A stretch of DNA of 62,880 bases, counting the filler, from Circinaria calcarea (taxonomy: Eukaryota): NCBI GenBank assembly GCA_051942165.1. It is 8 parts of 8 records of this genome, joined end to end, with 100 filler letters (N's around TTAATTAATTAA, not from the genome) between each part and the next. Parts side by side here need not be neighbours in the genome. Positions count along the whole stretch, not along the records: positions 23,655 to 31,431 come from JAVECS010001251.1; positions 31,532 to 39,306 come from JAVECS010001252.1; 6 more parts are not named here. One strand, written 5' to 3'. The position numbers and the translations under genes were made by a program. Below, in pieces: positions 23,771 to 36,463 of this stretch. The stretch's first letter is position 1; each line of letters starts with the position of its first letter. Under the pieces are notes generated by a model. That model ran no database searches and was not told the origin of the DNA. It saw only the letters and a program-made list of their open reading frames with translations.

Positions 23771-26588
23771 CTACACCTTCACGATCTTATAACTCCCGCC
23801 CACAACCTCCAGCCTCCCCTCCAGCACCATCCTGCCCAAAAATTCCTTGAGCTCCTCATTCCCATACGGGAACCCTCCGGGGACCGCAATCTTCAACATC
23901 ATGACGATGCGCGCCAGCGACATGGCGCCCTGGTTTGTCAGCATGCCGACGATAAACTGCCAGAAGACGGTCATTTTCTCCGAGGCGACGTCTGCCTCGG
24001 AGCGGATGGCCGAGGTCGTGGCGGCGGAGGCGACAGCGTCAGCGGCCGCCGCGGCTTGCGCGGCTTGGTTGGTGCCGTCCTGGTGATTGAGGTCGGTGGC
24101 GGTGAGGGTCTCGAGGACGGTGTAGGTGCCCGGTGGGGATTCGCGCAGGACAAGCTTGCTGACCCAGAAGGTGAGAGCGCTGAGGACGAGGGCTTTCTCC
24201 ATAGCCAGCCTGTCGATGATTTGGTCGACGGTCAACTGCACGGGATTGGCGGCATGGCTATCGGAATCGTGGAAGGCGTTGATGACCGTGGCTTGCGATG
24301 TCGACACCTCTTCGGTAACGGTGCGATCGTCGAGGTGGATTTCGACGGTGACTTGACCGAGGGCGGGCAACCAAGTGAGTTTACGGGACTGCTTGAGGGT
24401 TTCGAAGCCTTCGGAGTAGCGGGTCTGCAGAGCTTCGATTTGGGAGGGGACGCAGAAATCTTCGCCGTGGAGAGCGGGCCAGAAGAGGCGGGAGAGGATT
24501 TTGCTGTGGAATTCGGGTGCCGGCTGGGCATTTATGGGTCGGTCGAGCTGTTGGTCTTTGTGAATGACGGCGTCGACACGGCGAGAGTCGAGAACGTCTC
24601 GAAGCATGACTTCGCAGGCTTGAAGCGCTGGTTCACCAAAACGCAGTTTTAGCAGCTCGAGTACACGGATCTGGAAGACAGATATCAGTAAGAAGATCAT
24701 AACGAGGATAACAGACATCGGACATACCTCTTTGTCGAATTCAAAGTCCCTTTTCAACAGGCGCTCCGCCATCATGTTTTGGAACTCCTTTACAAAAATG
24801 TCTTTGCTTTCGAATATACTGATGAGTGTACCTATTACGTCCAAGTTCTTCGACTTTTGAAAATCTGTAGACCCGGTTAGTGACTGTATCGAGAGATTGT
24901 AACAGGTACAAAACCCGTAGGATCCTTACCAGGCCCGGCATCCACAGGATCAGGTAGCCAGGACATATCGTCCCAATCGAGCTCTCCATCGTCATCGTCC
25001 GCGGCTGAAATTTCTGTGATCTTGTTTAGTTCAACAGCCAATTCTACGAAAGTGTCTGGAGTATTGGAATCGCTATCGGCATCTGCCAACAAGCCGCCAA
25101 CAATGACCTTGACCGTATCATCACGCTCTCGGAGATATCTTCGTATAGGCCGTGCTAGACGCTCTAGTAGTACTCCTTTTGGATCCAAGGCTGCGAATGC
25201 ACGGATGATGCACGTGTACATCTGCAATATCTCGGTAGTGGATGCTCCAGGCTGCAATAGGCGATTCGAGATAACACCAGAGAAATAATTCGTAAGATGA
25301 ACCCTTGCAGTAGGAGTCGTAACGTAGTGCTTCAGATCCTCAATCGCACCTTTACTATCATTATCCCAAGCGACGACTATGTCGAAAAGTTCCTTGAGCC
25401 TAAGTGTCCCAAGGTCGCAGATTGCCCTTTGTTGCCAGCTTATAACGTCAGCAAAGGTAATTTGAAATCGCGGATCGGCAGTGGGTCCTATGCCACCGTT
25501 GAGGATTATCAGCATCTCTATGACGAATCGGGCAAAATGGTTTTCAACCCAGTCTCGTAGCTGTTCGGGAATGGTTGATGGTGATGTCCATTTACCAGCA
25601 TAATTGGAGTTGATGTACTCTGTTAGTAGTTCACTCATGACCTCAGCAAAAATCCGCTGGGCATAAGCACCCCCCAACCCTACCTCCTCAACAGCCTTGA
25701 TGTTGGTTGCTTGGGTACCTCGTAGTTCCGCGATGGCAACTGCATGGTCCTCCTCCATGGCATCCTCGTCTGTAATAAGCCCAGAGGGTTTATAACTTAG
25801 TAAAGCAGAACCGGTTCGCAAGAAAAAGTTGCGAAGATATTCCGTGAATCCGTTATGGCAGAGTAACTTGGCTACCAGTGCATGGTGGCGTTGTAGGAAT
25901 GAAGTTTCGAGGAAACTGGCCAGCTCGCGATGACCCGTGGAAGACAAAACCGGCAGAATGTAAGCTTTGAGCGGAGCTATATACATGGCTTGCACTGCGG
26001 TAAGAATTGAAAGCACATCGTCAAGGATGGCCGATACTGCATGCTCAGGGGGGAACATGCGTATGTCCGTGAGACGCGTTGAGGGTTTGGAAGAATGTAG
26101 TAGCTACAGGAGTTAGCTTTATCTTCATGTTTCCCCAACAGTACCGCTCTCACCTTAATTATTACGGGAAGCTGTACATCCACGAAGTGTTTACCCACTT
26201 CATGGGCGTACCAATCTATAATATCATCCTGATTATCAGAAACCTTTGATAGGGTTCTTTGTGGCCGCGTGGAAAGCAGGTGGATAATGCTAGCTGATAT
26301 CTCTTGAGTGTAGGGTTTGGGCCATCTGGCTTTGACGGAATGCCTTTCACCCGCTGTCACTGGCTGATCAGGTAGGCTTAGAAAGGCGGTGACATTGTGC
26401 CATGCCCGCTCCTTTCTAATTGTTTCAGCTACCGCAGATTCTTCATTTCCCGGGAAGACACCTGTAGAAAACGAAGGTGATCCCAGAAATGGAGATGAGC
26501 CTAATACGGGTGTGGCAGTTGGAGTTGGTGTCGTGGTGTTTGTGAAAGAGGGGAAAACCTCACTGAAGACGTGCTTTCGAGGTGCCAT
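23771..26588 (-). CDS. APC2: Anaphase-promoting complex subunit 2 (cullin-like), multi-exon
   Basis: RLKELFDIV..W, RLLQPGAST.EIL, YLRERDDTV, WLPDPVDAGP, LELLKLRFGE..LQACEVMLRDV, ILSRLFWP, RKLTWLPALGQV and a C-terminal FWQFIVGMLTN winged helix. Confidence 0.95.
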
Positions 26589-27307
26589 GCCCAGTGATAT
26601 TAAGTGGGCTTAAGCTTCGAGATTTCTCAATGATGTGTAAGACATTCAGCGTACGACTTGCCGCCTTCCTACTCACGAGTTGAAGCATACTTCCTCTGCG
26701 TTCAGGTCGCCCACCGATGTGTTTGGTAACATTTCGACGTAAGTTTCAGACGACATTCATATTCCTTCCACTTCATCAAGCAAAACTCCATGTGTTAGGA
26801 AGAGCAAACTAATACGTTTCGATTCCTATTCATATAATTCAACAGGAAAAAGTTCTAGAGTGTAGTGGTGCTCTTGTGTACAGCATGAAGTCCGTATTAC
26901 AGTTTTAGGGTTCTAATGTTCTGGTTCCAGATCTAGCCCCTTTTACCATGAGATGTTTACAATGGCTCTAAGTACCATCTAACCTGGCGAATGGGTGATT
27001 GCCTTCCACAGAAAGTCAAGATTCTGCCAGTTAGGACCCAGACTACGGCAGCTCGACAGCATTTCAAACGACACGGACTATGGAAAACTTTTCCAACACT
27101 GCTAAGATATCCCCCTCTGGTACTTTCTTGTCCCTTCGGATAGCCATAATGCGCGGCGTGGGTTAAGAGTAACATCCATACCAACGAAGTGATAAGGCGT
27201 GAGTGTGATGATCGGTATCAGGCGAAACAGCTTGCATCGGTGCCTTGGCTTACTCCCTTCTGTTATATCCCAGCTTGAGCTACACCTGAAGATACCAAGG
27301 TGGTGCT

Positions 27308-29444
27308 TCAGCACTTCATCTTTATACCATGCCGTAGCTCATGCTCTCTAAGCTCAAACATGAATTGAACACCAGTAAATAGCGATGCACAGGCCGTAAT
27401 CATAAAGATAAGGCCTAGTTGTGTCTGTTAGCAGTTATCACTGTCAGCTGAATTCTAGGGAACTTACCAGAGTAGGATCCTACTATTCCGTGCACTAAAC
27501 CTTTCAGCCCATCTAGGCCGACTGCAAATCCTACAAGGTTGGCGGCCATCATCATCAAAACATTACCCGTGCCCCCTATTCCGCAAATGACTCGGTAAGC
27601 ATTCCTGCGACTTTGCCACTTTCGCTTAGGAAACAGAAACCCTGCAAGGGCTTCAGGTAGAATGAACAACGAGATCAACCACCCCCAAGCTAATAACCTT
27701 AGACTTATGTCATGCCACAATGCAACAAACGTGAAAACGGCAAGGTAGTTGATGGCGGCTCTAGCCTTGCCCCAATTGCCGGTAGTACCACTACCACCTA
27801 ATGGGATATATATGTATCTTATAATCCAGCGATTAAAGCTTCGATGCCAGCCGCGCCAGAATGCTAATGCTGAATAGTTGTCTGACATGCATCGCACCAT
27901 ATTCTCGGGTGGATCAATGCCATCCAGCAAGGCCCAAAGCCTAAAGAAGCGCCATGGGAGAAGTAGCTTCAGCCAGATGTGGTGAAGATTGAAGTAACCA
28001 AGCATACTGAGCTGAAACGGAGAGTAGATTTCCCAGGCCGGGTTAGCTTTGCAAATTGCAACGGCGTAAACGAAATGCATCATAACCTCCATTGTTAGAA
28101 GACAGATGAGAAATCGGGCACCATAGAGTAGAGTTCTACTCAGGGTGATGCTTTTAGGAGGATATCGCAGTTGCGAAATGTAGTCGTTGAAAGTAATGAT
28201 GGGGCCGGTAAGGTAAAGCGGTGCATACAACGCGTATGTTAGATAGTTGCGGAAAGAATAATCTTCGGTCTTCGCTGGCAAATCTACTCGATCACGCTCG
28301 GAGAGATTTGAAGGGTCAAGTTGCTTCTTCTTATTTTGATCAGTTTTGTGTCCATTGAAACGGAAAAGGTGAATCTCAATTACAACGAACCTCAATGGGA
28401 CTAGCTCCACCTCTGTCGAGACTCCAGCAATAATCTAAGTTGAAACTGATGAGTCGGAGTACTGTAATGTTAAACAAAACCTCCCATCGAGAGATCAAAC
28501 CCCCATAGCTATCTAGTATCGAACCCCAGTTGTTCTGGATTCTGACACCTGCTTCGGAACCTTTCGAGTTTGCTGAAGGCATGATGAACACAGCCAAAGT
28601 AGCGAAAGGATAGCCCTTGAATAGCTCATTGGCGAACAATATCCCAATGTTGAACATCCAGGTGAATGTCGGTACATAACCTTTTGGCAACCGTTTTGCA
28701 ACTGTAAAATTGGCATAAAGAATCAAAAAGACTTTCAGGGCCGAAAAGCCATGCAGAGCAGTAATAAAAACCAAAGAAAAATACAAGTCGAATGTGACTC
28801 GCTGGTTCAGACGGGAATCTGCTGTTGAGGTCGCTAAAGAACGGGATGAATGACCATTGGTTTTGGAGTCTGCTGAAGAAACCGACGGGGTTTTTTGTAG
28901 CGGTTGTAGTGATTCATAAGCCTTTCGTAACAATGGGTGAAGTGTAAGTAGGATGAACATATATGGAACATTGCCACGGAACGTCGAATACTGATCATCC
29001 GAGTTGTCGACTTTCCGACCAGGTATCCATCCAGGCGAGAGTAGACTAACGTATTGGCTGTAATTTGGGTGAGAAGCTTGTGAGAATGTCAGAATGTAAC
29101 GATGTCACCAATGCTATTGAAGGCCCGTCTACGAACAGCAAACCGAGCTAGAAAAACGTACGTTTCGAGACATCAAAAGCCACCTTGAACATCTTTATCA
29201 GGGACACTATGATAATCACATAGTACACATAGTACTCTGCCGTTCCCCATCTGGAGGGGGACGGCCCGCTATTCTGCCTGCTGGTATCGAACCCGGTTCC
29301 AGCTACATTACCGGATCTCTCCTCTTTCGAGGAGGGTTTCACGGGGTCTTCCTGTGCAGCAAAAGGACTTTTCGAACTTGTGATGAATCGCGTATCGAGT
29401 GTGTCCAAAGAATACAGCTTGTAAACATAATGTAGGATCGTCAT
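27308..29444 (-). CDS. GUP1: MBOAT-family O-acyltransferase Gup1, multi-exon
   Basis: YSLDTLDTRF, LSPGWIPGRKVDNSD, RWEVLFNITVLRLISFNLDY, YAPLYLTGPIITFNDY, PPENMVRCMSDNYS..FWRGWHRSFNRW and FVALWHD; last exon ends GIKMKC* at 27308. Confidence 0.95.
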
Positions 29445-29723
29445 TTCGGGATGTCATTGTATCGAGTAGTGAGTACTCTGCTACCCATCCCGTTGTGGAT
29501 TTGGGTACGTTTGGCGAGGCACTGGGATTAGGGGCTGTCCGCCTTACAGGGCTTGGCTTGGCGCTATCATACGGGAGATCGCCGCTGCAGGAACAGAACC
29601 ATAAATCCATCAATCGACCTGCACGAACTGCAGAGGATGGCAACAATTGCAGCTCGTTGCGTTTGATTGCGGTAATTGGTTGGGCATACCTCTGGCGCAG
29701 TGGCGTCATAAGCTCCCTCTGAC

Positions 29724-31405
29724 ATGGCCGCTCAGAGCTCGACCATCCCCCCTTCCCAGGCTGAATATGGAGGAGGTTGATCCCCTTTCAACGTCCCAAG
29801 ACCTTTGCTGACGGTTGGAACCAGATGAGATATCGGCTCTGGTTCTCGATCCTGGTTACTCGACAACGCGTGCGGGGTTTGCAGGAGAAGATGTGCCCAA
29901 GTCCGTGACCTCCTCCTACTACGGCCGAGTCCCAATAGATAACGGCCATAAATATCTCTATGGAGATAACTCAATACACATACCTACACCTGGAATATCA
30001 ATACGGAATCCAATGGCAAAGGATGGAACGGTGGAAGATTGGGACACAGCTACGAATTTATGGGAATACGCAATCACATCACGCCTTACGAACCCGAAGC
30101 CACGAAATCCGTTAACGAATGGACTGAATAATGACCCAGGGCAGTTCCCCTTTACGGATGAGGATAAAGCGACTGACGTAGAAGAGCTGGAAAAGCCTTT
30201 GGAGGAAAACCCCCTTCTCATGACAGAAACGGGGTGGAATTCGGGAAAAGGACGCGAGAGGGGTATCGAGATCGCCATGGAGAATTGGGGATGTCCAGCG
30301 TACTGGCTTGCGCGAAATGGGGTACTAGCAGCGTGAGTAGTCCGTCAACAACTGTTTCCGCTGTTCGAATCCCAAACTCACAAACGGCCCAAACCTTCAG
30401 CTTCGCCGCCGGCAAACCCTCCGCCCTCGTCGTCGACCTAGGCGCATCCAGCATCTCCATCACCCCCGTCCACGACGGCCTCATCCTCAAAAAAGGCGTC
30501 ATGCGCTCCCCCCTCGCCGGCAACTTCATCTCCGACCAGCTGCGCCTCCTCTTCTCCACCTCGCAGCCACCCATTCCCTTAACCCCGCACTACCTCGTTA
30601 CGTCCAAAACCCCCGTCGACGCCGGCAGCCCCTCGCAAGCTACCTACCGCTCCTTCGCCCCCAACGCCGCCCCCCACGATTCCTTCCGCCGGCTGCAAGA
30701 AGAGCGCGTCCTTACCGAGTTCAAAGAAAGCGTCGTGCAGGTCTGGCCCGGCCCCGGCAAGTTAGCCGGACAAAGCCCGCAAGGCGCGCCGAACGAAGAA
30801 GTGGCCAAGCTTCAACCGGGTCGTCCTTTTGAGATGCCGGACGGCTGGAACCAAATCTTTGGTGTGGAACGCTACCGCGCCGCCGAGGGCATCTTCGACA
30901 TCAGCGCCGTGCTTTCCGATGCCGCGAACCCGGCACCTCAGGCAAGCTTGACACTTCCCGCCATCATCCAGCAGTCGCTCTCGCAGGTCGATGTGGACAT
31001 CCGCCCGCACCTGCTCGGCAATATTGTCGTCACGGGCGGCACATCCCTGCTGCAGGGTTTCACGGACCGCTTGAACTACGAGATCACGACTGCGTTTCCG
31101 AGTCCCCGCGTCCGGTTGAGTGCGCCGGGCCGGGTGGAGGAGAGGAAGTTTTCGTCGTGGATCGGGGGCAGCATCCTGGCGAGTTTGGGGACGTTTCATC
31201 AGGTAAGAGTCTTCTCCTCCCATTTTTTTTTTCCTTTTCTTTTATTTTTTTTCTTGGTGAACTTTGAAGGGGGTGGTTAGAAAGGAAAGGCGTACAAGGG
31301 GATTTAGATCCTTTGACTGATGGAACTGACTGGTCACAGATGTGGATTTCCAAAAAGGAGTACGAGGAGCATGGAGCTGGGATCGTGGAGAAGAGGTGCA
31401 AGTAG
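29724..31405 (+). CDS. ARP4: Nuclear actin-related protein Arp4, 4 exons
   Basis: [58 protein letters not shown] and [35 protein letters not shown]. Confidence 0.95.
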
Positions 31406-31431
31406 AGAAAGGAATTTTTTTTGGGGGGGGG

Positions 31432-31531
31432 NNNNNNNNNNNNNNNNNNNNNNNNNNNNNNNNNNNNNNNNNNNNTTAATTAATTAANNNNNNNNNNNNN
31501 NNNNNNNNNNNNNNNNNNNNNNNNNNNNNNN
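31432..31531. other. Artificial contig spacer
   Basis: N44-TTAATTAATTAA-N44. Confidence 0.98.
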
Positions 31532-33451
31532 ACCGTCTTGACTTCCAACATCGGGTGGGACCTTGTACACCTGCTCCTCCCACTACTTCCTGCTTCAGAA
31601 CAATGCCTATACGACGTAGCGCGTTTGGGGAATCCGAGGGAGGTGGTTTTGAAAGTCACAGAGCTTCTTGAAGCTATCACACATGAGGAAAACGGTAGTG
31701 GCCGCGAGCAGGAAGATGCAACAGATGAAGAAAACGAACACATTGGATCCGGCGCCGACGAAGGAGGGATCGGAGTGGACTCGAATGCACATGTGAACGC
31801 GGAGACCGCAATCGACTTGTCACAACATGCGGGACATCCACGACCAGTCCCCCCTTCTTCCGCGATGAAGTTCTGCAGCCTCCTCAGCATGCTTTCAATT
31901 CTACATCCACGAATCAAGACCAAACACCCTAGTCGCTTTCTATCGACTTCGCTCCACGCCATGTTGCCAGCGTACACGCAGGTTGCGCGAGATGAGCTGG
32001 CTACTGATGCCGTGTTGAGCTTTCTCAAAACCATCACGGGCTCCAAGAGGCCTAAACTCCCACCACGTATGAGTAGTACAGCGGTGCCTATGCGACAGAA
32101 CATTCAATCTGCTCCGGATCCAGAAGCAGGCCCCGAGACACCTGGCACGGAAGATGCTGCTCTCCAGATTCGTCTTTTGCAGTCATTCTTGACATATGTC
32201 ATAGAAGCCTACGTTGATTCCTTAACATCGATTAATAATGATTCAGCCTTTGCATGGACTAGCCGTCTACAAGAAAAATTGCATCCACAGAAGATCATAC
32301 CGCACCGTACGGCATTCGGCGCCATATTTGCAGAGACCGAGCATCTACAACGAAGGGATACCACTATTGGTCAGATGATAGTAAGTTAGATGGGCCCAGC
32401 ATCGATGTTTGCCAGTAACGTACCTGGAGGACTGATTGAACAGGCACTTGCCCGCGATCTCAATATTCATCCCCTGGAGTTAATAGTAGTAATATCGCAT
32501 GTGGAAGTCGAGGCAGCCGGGAACGAAAATGAAATCGCCTCGTCGCCATCTGATATTCATCTTTCACACACGGGTTCCCTTTACCTTTTCGCTGCTATGC
32601 AGGCGTCATGTGTTCTCTTCGACGCGCCCTCCTTACTCCACCTTGATATTTTCCCTAATCACTCGCGCATCCTTGAGAGCTTCATTGGTGATGCTAACAT
32701 GAACGGCATTGGAGCAGAGCGTGGTTCTTTAGTTGACGCTGTTTTATTGCTCGGATTTGTTGCTTTGCAGGAGCCATCTCTCGGGGAATTGGGAGAGAAT
32801 GAGGACTTTAACAGATATCTGCAGCGACTTTCGGTGCTATCAGCCAATACGCCGTCGCCTAGTCTCCGATATCATGCTCATATTCTTACAACTGCCGTCT
32901 TACACGCGCACCCAAATGCGCAGGCACGGTTTGATTTTATTCGGGATACCTTGGATCAATGTCCTTATGAAAGTTTAAAGGCCAGCGCCGTCGGTTGGTT
33001 CAAAGATGAAGTACTGTCCGCTTTTGAAGATACGAGAGGGGGAGATCCGCTTGACAAGCATGCAGAGTCCCCACACTTCGGATCAGCACATGCTCTGGAT
33101 GCGATAGCCCCATCGCTGTTTTTGGTCGATGTACCTTCGTCTGCCGAGCGAAACGCGCTCTCCTTGCAGATGCCCTTTTTCCTTTCCATTCTCAACCTTT
33201 ACTATCTATTGTGCTCGTCACAACCACTGCGGGATCGTCTGTGTGTCGCGACAGCAACAACTCGGTACGACATCCTTGGTAACTTCATAGGGCCATTGCG
33301 CGAGTTAGTGAAAGAGGCCCGGCTGAATCCAGACGTCCAAGCATTGAATCTGGAGGAGGCGGAGCCAACATTAGTCGGTAGAGCGGATATAGATCTTTTG
33401 GATGAAGCGCTGGAACGGGTGGAGACTGCAATGCATTCTCTTGATTTCTAA
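31532..33451 (+). CDS. YAP-binding/ALF4/glomulin family protein (Ybp1-like), 5' truncated
   Basis: IGWDLVHLLLP..CL.DVARLGNPREVVLKV, RIKTKHPSRFLSTSL and FIRDTLDQCPYESLKASAVGWFKDE; intron about 32381-32443. Confidence 0.8.
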
Positions 33452-34704
33452 ATCAATGATAAGGAACCGGGTGTTATTGGCATAGAAGTGAGCCATATTC
33501 ACGACCTGGTGGATGACCGTGGCGTTGAGGCGTGTATATTTGGCGTTAGGAGGTCAAAGATACCCCACTACATTTAGATATTCGGAAGGAAGGAAACTTG
33601 TATTTTTTTTGCACATTTGGGACGTTGTGTCGCATTGTGCCGGGACACGCGAAAGACTCAGTCCATTGTCCACTAAAGCCCCTTGGTCTTGTTCTACCCC
33701 CCTCCCCATTCCAGGCAAGTCCCCAGCACCTACCACATACATACATACCCTTCAGTATCACTTTCCCACAGAGGAAGCATAAAGTTCACCAATCAGCCGC
33801 AGGCAACTACATACACACGCACTCGATAAGTTTAACGTCAGTCGGTCAGGTGCATCAACGAGCTTAGGATCATTGTCTCAAGAAGCGATCTTGTATTAAA
33901 ATAGAAAGGCCACCACCGCACCATCGGGCTGCCTAACCCCCGGCCATCCCATTCAGGCTAGCTAGACCCTTCAGGGAGGGGAGGGGAGGACATATTTTGA
34001 CGATGGCGACGGCCTCTAGATTAATGAGATCAGAAAAGAGCGGAGGTGGGTTATTAAGGAAAGGCAAGGCAAGAATTCGTAAATGGGAAGGAAATACATG
34101 ATGTTGGGGTGCCCCGCCGACTCCGGTTGGGGGTGGAGGGGGTACAAACAGAGAACCGGAAAAGGAAAGGGAAGAGCAAAAAAGGAGTGGGAGCGGAGTG
34201 GCTTGTCCCGTGCCAAACGTCGTTTCCTTCCTTCCTGCCCGCCCGTCAGAGCTGTAACCCGAAAAAACCCCCGTGGCGGTCGGTTCTATTCTCGTCTGGG
34301 TGGTTGAGAAGGTAGAATGGAAAGAAGACAGTGGGTCTTAGGGGTACAGAGGAGGAAGGAAAAGGAAGACCGAGCTGCAGGGTTGGAAATTTATTAAAGA
34401 CAGGTGAAACGAGCAGTACAAAGCATCCCCAAGGCCCCTGCATAAGGAGGTCAAAAAATCAAAAAACAAAAAACTCCGGGGGTGGAAAATAAAAACAAGA
34501 TGTGTGTGCTAGACAGGCCACGCCACCTGAGTCCTCTCCGGGTTCCAGCATTCCTTCTGTTGGCTTGGAATCTCCAAGTTCTGTGTTACAGCGGCTATCG
34601 CAAAGGCAAGTCGGTGGCGCAAAAAGGATAAGAGTGCGGAAGACGCGGGAAAGAGAACGTCAATGACGCGTTCTGCTGCCATTGTATTGCGTGGTGAACC
34701 CGCT

Positions 34705-34908
34705 CTACATGACTGTGCAGCCGTAGTAGGGGTTACCTGTGACGGAATGTCAGTAATACTCAAGTGTGCGAGGATAGAGGGGATGGGTATAAGGGAGCGG
34801 GAGCCGGGGTAACTTACCACGAGCGTCCTTTGGCTGCTCTTGATCTTGTGCGGCAGAAGATGAGACTGGGGCCGCAGGTGCGGAAGCAGTGTAATTGATA
34901 GGAGACAT
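34705..34908 (-). CDS. Putative a-factor-type (CaaX, farnesylated) mating pheromone precursor, 40 aa, 2 coding exons
   Basis: Exon 34908-34818, 81-nt intron 34817-34737 (GTAAGT..ACTGAC..CAG), exon 34736-34705. Product MSPINYTASAPAAPVSSSAAQDQEQPKDARGNPYYGCTVM*. A-rich leader ending ACAAAATG; 5'-UTR intron 35043-34954. Confidence 0.85.
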
Positions 34909-35117
34909 TTTGTTCGTTGGTTTGGTTGTTGTTTGATTTGGTGGTTTGAAGATCTAGTTGGGCGGAAAGATGATGTTAGCAATGAACGTCGAATGAGGGA
35001 GAAGTGAGGGTAGGGAAGAGCAAGGCAAAGGGAAGAGACTTACTGTGCGAGCAATGAATGTGGAGAATGTAAATTGATTACGGGTGAGGATCGAAGTCAT
35101 GGGCTGCCACGCTGAGC

Positions 35118-35280
35118 TTTTATAGCTGTCTTTGACGGACGACAACATCGCCATTGCTTGGGGGCTTTGAGTTTGTAACTGAGAACGTGTAGTGTCGATT
35201 CTTTGTGCGTTCAAGCTGATGGAGCGTGGTGGAAGTACGTGTGGATTGCTTAGTATTGTACTGCCTTAGTATTGTTGCTT
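35118..35280 (-). promoter_or_regulatory. Promoter of the pheromone-like micro-gene: TATA box plus HMG-box-like sites
   Basis: TATAAAA on the minus strand at 35124-35118; ACAAAGAA (plus strand TTCTTTGT, 35199-35206); two TAGTATTGT copies (ACAAT cores) near 35251 and 35267. Confidence 0.6.
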
Positions 35281-36463
35281 GTTAAAGCTGTGAAAGAACG
35301 GGGAATGTCGGGAATGGGAGAGAGATGGGATGAGAGGACGTTGGAGGAGGCATGATACCGTCATAGTGAGAATGCTGCAATTCAATTGGTGTGAATGCGA
35401 TCCGATGGCTGGCAAAAGCAAGTGGTATTTGTATACGCTCTGGCATTCTAGGTGGAGATGCAGATAAGACACTCATACAATGCAGACAGCATTGGTCGCT
35501 AGGAGCCCTTCACAATGATAATACGATGACAGTTGGACATTCATCTCGGCTAAATTAACTCTTGACCAGGAGGATTTGTCATGGATTGATCAACTGGCTC
35601 TGATAGTAGAAAACCCAAGGAAGGGTGTACGTACTTTCTGAGCGAGAAAGTATGGAAACTAAAGCAACAGAGACTTGAGGAACCTGTCGATCTGTGAAGT
35701 ATACGCTTCAAAGCTCTAGTATAGTGACTTGGTTGAGTACTTAGAGAATATTGCGGCAGATGATAGAAAGTGAAGCTCGTGACAGGATCCTGAAGGCTGA
35801 CGATTCAAGTTTGCCCGCTTCTCCAGCCATTTTGAAGCTCTACTCTTCCTAGCAGTGGTAAGAGTTTAGCATGCCATTACTCGATATCAGGCGCATCACA
35901 AGCACAGTCGGAGGCTTGTATCATTCCGACGACCAATCTCTCAAACAGCCTTGAGGCTATCGGGACAAATCAGGTGCTAGAGGTATACACATAATCCAGC
36001 GAGTTTGCACAGACAGCTCACCGTCGACCGCTTGAAAGAGAAGTACTATTGGCTTACTCTGATTGTCCTCAGAATGTAAAGGACGGGATGTGGTTGAGCG
36101 CATTCGGCGCTAGGACGCTTTTGGGATAGCGGTCAGACCAAAGAGGCCTTGGTATTGTTCCCAGACACATATACTCTAAGGCACATGGACAAGAGCAGTG
36201 TTTTTAGTGTTGATGCCTTTGCCAGCCGGATCTGGTTCAAGGACATTATCGATAAAGCATCTAGTTGGTGCCAACAAGACTCTGCCAAATTGCACATAAC
36301 CTCTCAGACACCAGGTTTCCAACGTAAGATCGGCTCTATTCCAGGAGATTTTCACATATCCAAAGCCAATTTCCCAGACTTGATCAGATTTTTAAACTCA
36401 CACCCTTACTTATTCCCATCGCATCGACATTCTTCGATAGACAATCTCAAGAGAAGGCATCGT

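Noticed and set aside
23699..24652. 317-aa plus-strand ORF
   Set aside because: Antisense shadow of the GC3-rich last exon of APC2. The same applies to 30762-31223, 36149-36940, 37380-37961 and the ORFs overlapping the DHA1 gene.
5053..31405. Apparent cluster of chromatin genes (SNF5, EAF3, SNF2 helicase, ARP4)
   Set aside because: They lie on three different contigs joined artificially; only EAF3 and the helicase are physically linked.
34509..34982. 157-aa minus-strand ORF listed in the ORF track
   Set aside because: It has a non-ATG start inside an intron, reads through splice signals and has no protein-like features. The spliced 40-aa CaaX ORF in another frame explains the region better.
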